DNA of 38,026 nt. Origin: a virus. Lineage: Duplodnaviria > Caudoviricetes. Under the pieces are notes generated by a model that was not told the origin of the DNA, searched no databases, and saw only the letters and a program-made list of their open reading frames with translations. Position 1 is the stretch's first letter. The number at the start of each line of letters is the position of its first letter. Position numbers and translations under genes: made by a program. Location of the stretch: positions 1-38,026 of the IMG/VR virus record IMGVR_UViG_3300007986_000034; one strand, written 5' to 3'. Of the stretch, positions 34,718 to 38,026 are shown one piece after another.

Positions 34718-35476
34718 ATGAAAGTTGAATTGTTGAGGGCAACGCCAGACGCATTGGATCTTCTTTTGTCCACAAAGAACACTCGCCTCAAATTTCATTC
34801 TGATCCCGCTGAATGGAGTGACGAAGAAAAGATCGAGCATCTTCTTTATATGAGAGACACTATAAAGTCTTCATGGGAATTTGTAGATTATGTATTCAGG
34901 ATCAGCGGAGTGAGCCGTTCTTTCACTCATCAACTCGTCCGAACTAGAACTGGAGCTTATGCTCAAGAATCTCGAAGAGCGATCGACGCTTCTACTAGCA
35001 GTGCAATTCCTTTAGATTTTATTCATCCAGAGTCTCTATCGGAATATGAAGAATATACCGACAAGTCTATGGAGGTTTATAAGAGGATGATAGACCGCGG
35101 CGAACAGCGTCAAGTCGCGAGAGGAGTTTTGACAGAAACGATCGAAACTAGCATCATCGCGAAATTCAATCTCCGGACTCTTCACGAGACAGCAAAAGTT
35201 AGAATGTGCGTCCGCGCACAGAGTGAATATCAAGATGTGTTTAGGATGATGAGAGAAGAGGTCATCCGAGTTCATCCTTGGGTAGAGACAGCAGGTTTTA
35301 TTGAAGTGTCCTGCGTTTCTGATGGAGTTTGCGCTTTCCCGAGATGGGGTAAAGACAATTGTCCTGTTTATGACTCTTCGATGGACAGAACGAAAGCAAA
35401 AGAGATCGCGAAAGAGAAGTTTTGGAGAACTAGATTTGAAGCAAATCCAGAAGCTTCTAGAGGGAAGTCAAAGTGA
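34718..35476 (+). CDS. thyX: flavin-dependent thymidylate synthase homologue (non-canonical)
   Basis: 'GVSRSFTHQLVRTRTGAYAQES.R', 'ARGVL', 'NLRTL....VRMCVRAQSE'. Confidence 0.85.
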   Translation: MKVELLRATPDALDLLLSTKNTRLKFHSDPAEWSDEEKIEHLLYMRDTIKSSWEFVDYVFRISGVSRSFTHQLVRTRTGAYAQESRRAIDASTSSAIPLDFIHPESLSEYEEYTDKSMEVYKRMIDRGEQRQVARGVLTETIETSIIAKFNLRTLHETAKVRMCVRAQSEYQDVFRMMREEVIRVHPWVETAGFIEVSCVSDGVCAFPRWGKDNCPVYDSSMDRTKAKEIAKEKFWRTRFEANPEASRGKSK

Positions 35477-36225
35477 AATCGATAAACGTAACATCAGGAA
35501 TTAAAGTCAACGTAATAGACTTGGACGGATGCTTGTCAGATGACAGGCACAGAAGAAGTTTAGCGATGGAAGGAAAATACGACGAATATAACGAGAAATG
35601 TAATTTAGACTTTCCGTGCAATCTAGAAATTTTGTTGCCATTGATGCAGAACTACATTATTCTAAGCAGCAGACACGAGTCTGAATTTCACAAGACCTTA
35701 CTTTGGCTTAAAGAACATCAGATCCCTCTTCCGATTGAGATTCATTTGAGGCCGGAAGGAAACAAAGACTCAAGTCCAGTTTTGAAAAAGAAAATGCTGC
35801 TATCCCTCGTTGAGAGAGGGTATGAAATCATGACCGCAGTTGATGACAGAGAACACGTGACCGAAATGTATTCTGCTTTCGGAATAGAAAATGTTTTTCT
35901 ATTAAAAGCTGGAGTCAAAAACAGATTAAACCCGGTCCAGGTTCTTCAAAAAGCAATAAAGATTCAAGAGGAGAGGCAAAAAAGATACGGAACTATCTAT
36001 CAACAAATTGGCGGTATAATGAAAGGCATGTTCCCCAATGGAGTCCTCCTTGATAAAGAGGAAGACTTCGTTAGGTTTTGTCTTTTTCACATGACCGTCA
36101 CAAAATTGACAAGATATGCCGGAGCCTTCAAAAAAGGAGGAGACTTTGACTCCGCGCTAGATCTCTCTAACTACGGTTCTTTTCTCGCGAGCCTCACAGA
36201 AGAGAATGAGGAAAGTAATGAATAA
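35473..36225 (+). CDS. HAD (PNKP-type) phosphatase fused to a helical DUF6378/nucleotide-modification-associated-like domain
   Basis: 'IDLDGCL', 'SSR', 'LRP...LKK', 'VDDR'; C-terminal 'A..IQEERQKRYG...KLTRY...DSALDLSNY'. Confidence 0.75.
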   Translation: MKSINVTSGIKVNVIDLDGCLSDDRHRRSLAMEGKYDEYNEKCNLDFPCNLEILLPLMQNYIILSSRHESEFHKTLLWLKEHQIPLPIEIHLRPEGNKDSSPVLKKKMLLSLVERGYEIMTAVDDREHVTEMYSAFGIENVFLLKAGVKNRLNPVQVLQKAIKIQEERQKRYGTIYQQIGGIMKGMFPNGVLLDKEEDFVRFCLFHMTVTKLTRYAGAFKKGGDFDSALDLSNYGSFLASLTEENEESNE

Positions 36226-36239
36226 GGCATAAATGCTTG

Positions 36240-36273
36240 CTTTAGAAGGAGGTCTGTTTGAACCCTTCTAAAG
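36240..36273 (+). terminator. stem-loop closing the operon
   Basis: CTTTAGAAGG/CCTTCTAAAG 10-bp inverted repeat. Confidence 0.45.
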
Positions 36274-36302
36274 ACAATTTTGAAAGTGAAGAGGAGAAAG
36301 GC

Positions 36303-37397
36303 ATGAAGTCAATAAGAAAAACGCTGTATAAACTTGACGGCCGCGGCAAAATCAGAGTTTGGTCAATTGAGCCAGCATACAATGAGAACGGTTTTTACGT
36401 TACGTCTGGATTAGAGTTCGGCGAGAAGCAAGAGAAATTCATCGAAGTGGAAGAAAATATGTCTGGTCGCGACATAGTTGAACAGATAGACTTGGAAGTC
36501 GCCGCTCGCATTAAAAAGAAGATGGACATCGGTCACAAAGAGTCAAAAGCTCAAGCAATCTTCGGTAAAGACAGAGACGCGAAAGGCAATCTCAGACCGA
36601 TGCTTGCTCACAAGTTTGAAGATCATTCAGTGGACTGGTCCAAAGCATGGATCCAACCAAAATTCGATGGTCATCGATGCTTGATAGAATGCCGGGAAGG
36701 AGAAAGACCGAGAGCATATTCTCGATTGGGAAATCCTATAAACACGATTGACCACATTTTTGACAAACTTGTTGACGTTCCTGGAGACGTCTTATTAGAC
36801 GGAGAACTCTACATCCACGGACAGCAGCTTCAAAGGATCACCTCTCTTGTCAAAAAAGTTCAGCCTGACAATCGTTTTCTAGGATATAGACTATACGATA
36901 TCGTTGACAGAGCTCTCAATTTTGAACAGAGACTTCATTCAATGCTCTGTCTGAGCGAACACGTTAAATTTCAAGAAGGGGATTGCAACATAAAACTCGC
37001 TTTGACTTCAATGGTGAAAAGCGAACAAGAAGCAAGAGACAGGTTCAGAGTTTTCAGAGAAAAAGGTTTTGAAGGAGCTATGATCCGCATCAGCGATCGT
37101 GGATATGAAATCGGCAAGAGGAGCAAGAGTCTACTGAAAATGAAAGAATTTCACGATCAAGAATTTACTGTCGTTGAAATTCAAAGCTCAGCAGACGGAT
37201 GGGCGATTCTAATTTGCGAAGTTACAGTCGGCAAATACTTCCGATGCTCTTCACCAGGAAACGTCACGGCAAAAGAGAAAATTCTTCGTAACTCACCCCA
37301 TTACATCGGAAGAAAAGTAACAGTTAAATTTTCTCATTGGACAGACGAAGGTCTTCCTTTTCATCCAGTAGCAATCAGATTCAGAGAGGACGTATGA
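36303..37397 (+). CDS. ATP-dependent DNA ligase
   Basis: 'PMLA', motif I 'QPKFDGHR', 'LDGELY', 'FEGAM', 'LLKMK', 'PFHPV'. Confidence 0.93.
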   Translation: MKSIRKTLYKLDGRGKIRVWSIEPAYNENGFYVTSGLEFGEKQEKFIEVEENMSGRDIVEQIDLEVAARIKKKMDIGHKESKAQAIFGKDRDAKGNLRPMLAHKFEDHSVDWSKAWIQPKFDGHRCLIECREGERPRAYSRLGNPINTIDHIFDKLVDVPGDVLLDGELYIHGQQLQRITSLVKKVQPDNRFLGYRLYDIVDRALNFEQRLHSMLCLSEHVKFQEGDCNIKLALTSMVKSEQEARDRFRVFREKGFEGAMIRISDRGYEIGKRSKSLLKMKEFHDQEFTVVEIQSSADGWAILICEVTVGKYFRCSSPGNVTAKEKILRNSPHYIGRKVTVKFSHWTDEGLPFHPVAIRFREDV

Positions 37398-37561
37398 AAA
37401 AAGAATTGAAACTAGGCAAAGCTCCAACACTCGTCCCGAGGTCAAAGCTTGAAGAGAGCGAAAAGATCAGGAAGGACGTGGAAGAGTTCGTCAAGAACGG
37501 AGGTAAGATAAAAAAGATGAAAAACGGAGAAATTGTCTGGGACGGAGGTAAAGTCAGATGA
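37394..37561 (+). CDS. small protein with a SutA RNAP-binding-like motif
   Basis: 'IRKDVEEFVKNGGKIKKM'; GAGG RBS; ATGA overlap. Confidence 0.6.
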   Translation: MKKELKLGKAPTLVPRSKLEESEKIRKDVEEFVKNGGKIKKMKNGEIVWDGGKVR

Positions 37562-37812
37562 GACTTTCTATAGGAGACAGAGTCGTTCTTAAGAAAGACA
37601 TAGTGTCTTTCGCAAAAGGAACGAAAGGGCTTGTCGTCGACGACTACTCGTCAGGAATTATGGTCGCATGGGAAACCGAAGAAAGACCAATGCCCGACAA
37701 ATCTTGTACAGAGATAGCAACGATGTTTGCTATCGATCCTAGATGCCCTTTCAGAGATGGTTTCTCAAACGACGAGATCGAAGAATTCCTTGAAAGAATG
37801 GGTCTCGATTGA
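37558..37812 (+). CDS. hypothetical SH3-like protein
   Basis: 'IGDRVVL....KGTKGLVV....VAW'; GGAGG RBS. Confidence 0.65.
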   Translation: MRLSIGDRVVLKKDIVSFAKGTKGLVVDDYSSGIMVAWETEERPMPDKSCTEIATMFAIDPRCPFRDGFSNDEIEEFLERMGLD

Positions 37813-37827
37813 GACCCATTCAGTTTT
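37797..37827 (+). terminator. stem-loop overlapping the stop codon
   Basis: AATGGGTCTC-gatt-GAGACCCATT. Confidence 0.45.
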
Positions 37828-37851
37828 GACAGAAGAGGGAGAGCACTCTTC

Positions 37852-38026
37852 ATGCCAAAGCAAATCAAACCAGAAATCAAAGACTGTACAGTGCCTCCAA
37901 ACCGCGCCAGCAGCGCCAGCAGCGCCAGCAGCGCCAGCAGCGCCAGCAGCGCCAGCAGCGCCAGCAGCGCCAGCAGCGCCAGCAGCGCCAGCAGCGCCAG
38001 CAGCGCCAGCAGCGCCAGCAGCGCCA
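37852..38026 (+). CDS. partial ORF running into an (Ala-Ser-Ser)n repeat
   Basis: GGAG RBS; MPKQIKPEIKDCTVPPNR(ASS)n, open to the window end. Confidence 0.45.
   Translation, partial: MPKQIKPEIKDCTVPPNRASSASSASSASSASSASSASSASSASSASSASSASSASSA
37904..38026 (+). repeat. perfect 9-bp tandem repeat (GCGCCAGCA) x13.7, truncated by the window end
   Basis: Directly visible in the sequence. Confidence 0.98.

Noticed and set aside
37904-38026. Terminal repeat as a CRISPR array
   Set aside because: Contiguous 9-bp units with no spacers.
1-38026. tRNA genes, integrase, repressor, introns/inteins, dpdA/queuosine genes; many short antisense ORFs
   Set aside because: None of these genes was recognisable by eye, and TerL, DnaE and the helicase look uninterrupted. 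The antisense ORFs are shadows of well-supported genes.

Overview
A 38-kb piece of a tailed dsDNA phage genome with siphovirus-type morphogenesis genes. No integrase, repressor, tRNA or CRISPR array was seen. The left arm (1-12.4 kb, minus strand) is the late operon. Read in transcription order it encodes a TerS candidate, resolvase-like nuclease, TerL, portal, minor head protein, scaffold, major capsid, lysis cassette (M15 endolysin, holin, spanins), head-tail connectors, tail tube and a tail chaperone with a -1 slippery site. Next come an iteron-rich putative origin (12.56-12.91 kb) and a RepB-type primase/helicase-like gene. The right arm (plus strand) carries small early genes, RNase H, a DenV-like glycosylase, a Sak4/SSB/Cas4-like recombination module, a MazG-like protein and an SF2 helicase. 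The most striking element is a translationally coupled operon at 29.6-36.2 kb: sulfotransferase, DnaQ-like exonuclease, DnaE (Pol III alpha), FAD-dependent oxidoreductase, non-canonical ThyX and a HAD/DUF6378-like fusion. I infer that it may make and incorporate a modified, possibly sulfated, pyrimidine. Other signals are an apparent window-wide GA/TC dinucleotide excess with depleted islands, repeated operator-like palindromes, several single-base frameshifts in homopolymers, a SutA-like RNAP-binding mini-protein and a terminal 9-bp tandem repeat. All calls come from reading motifs by eye; no database searches were run.
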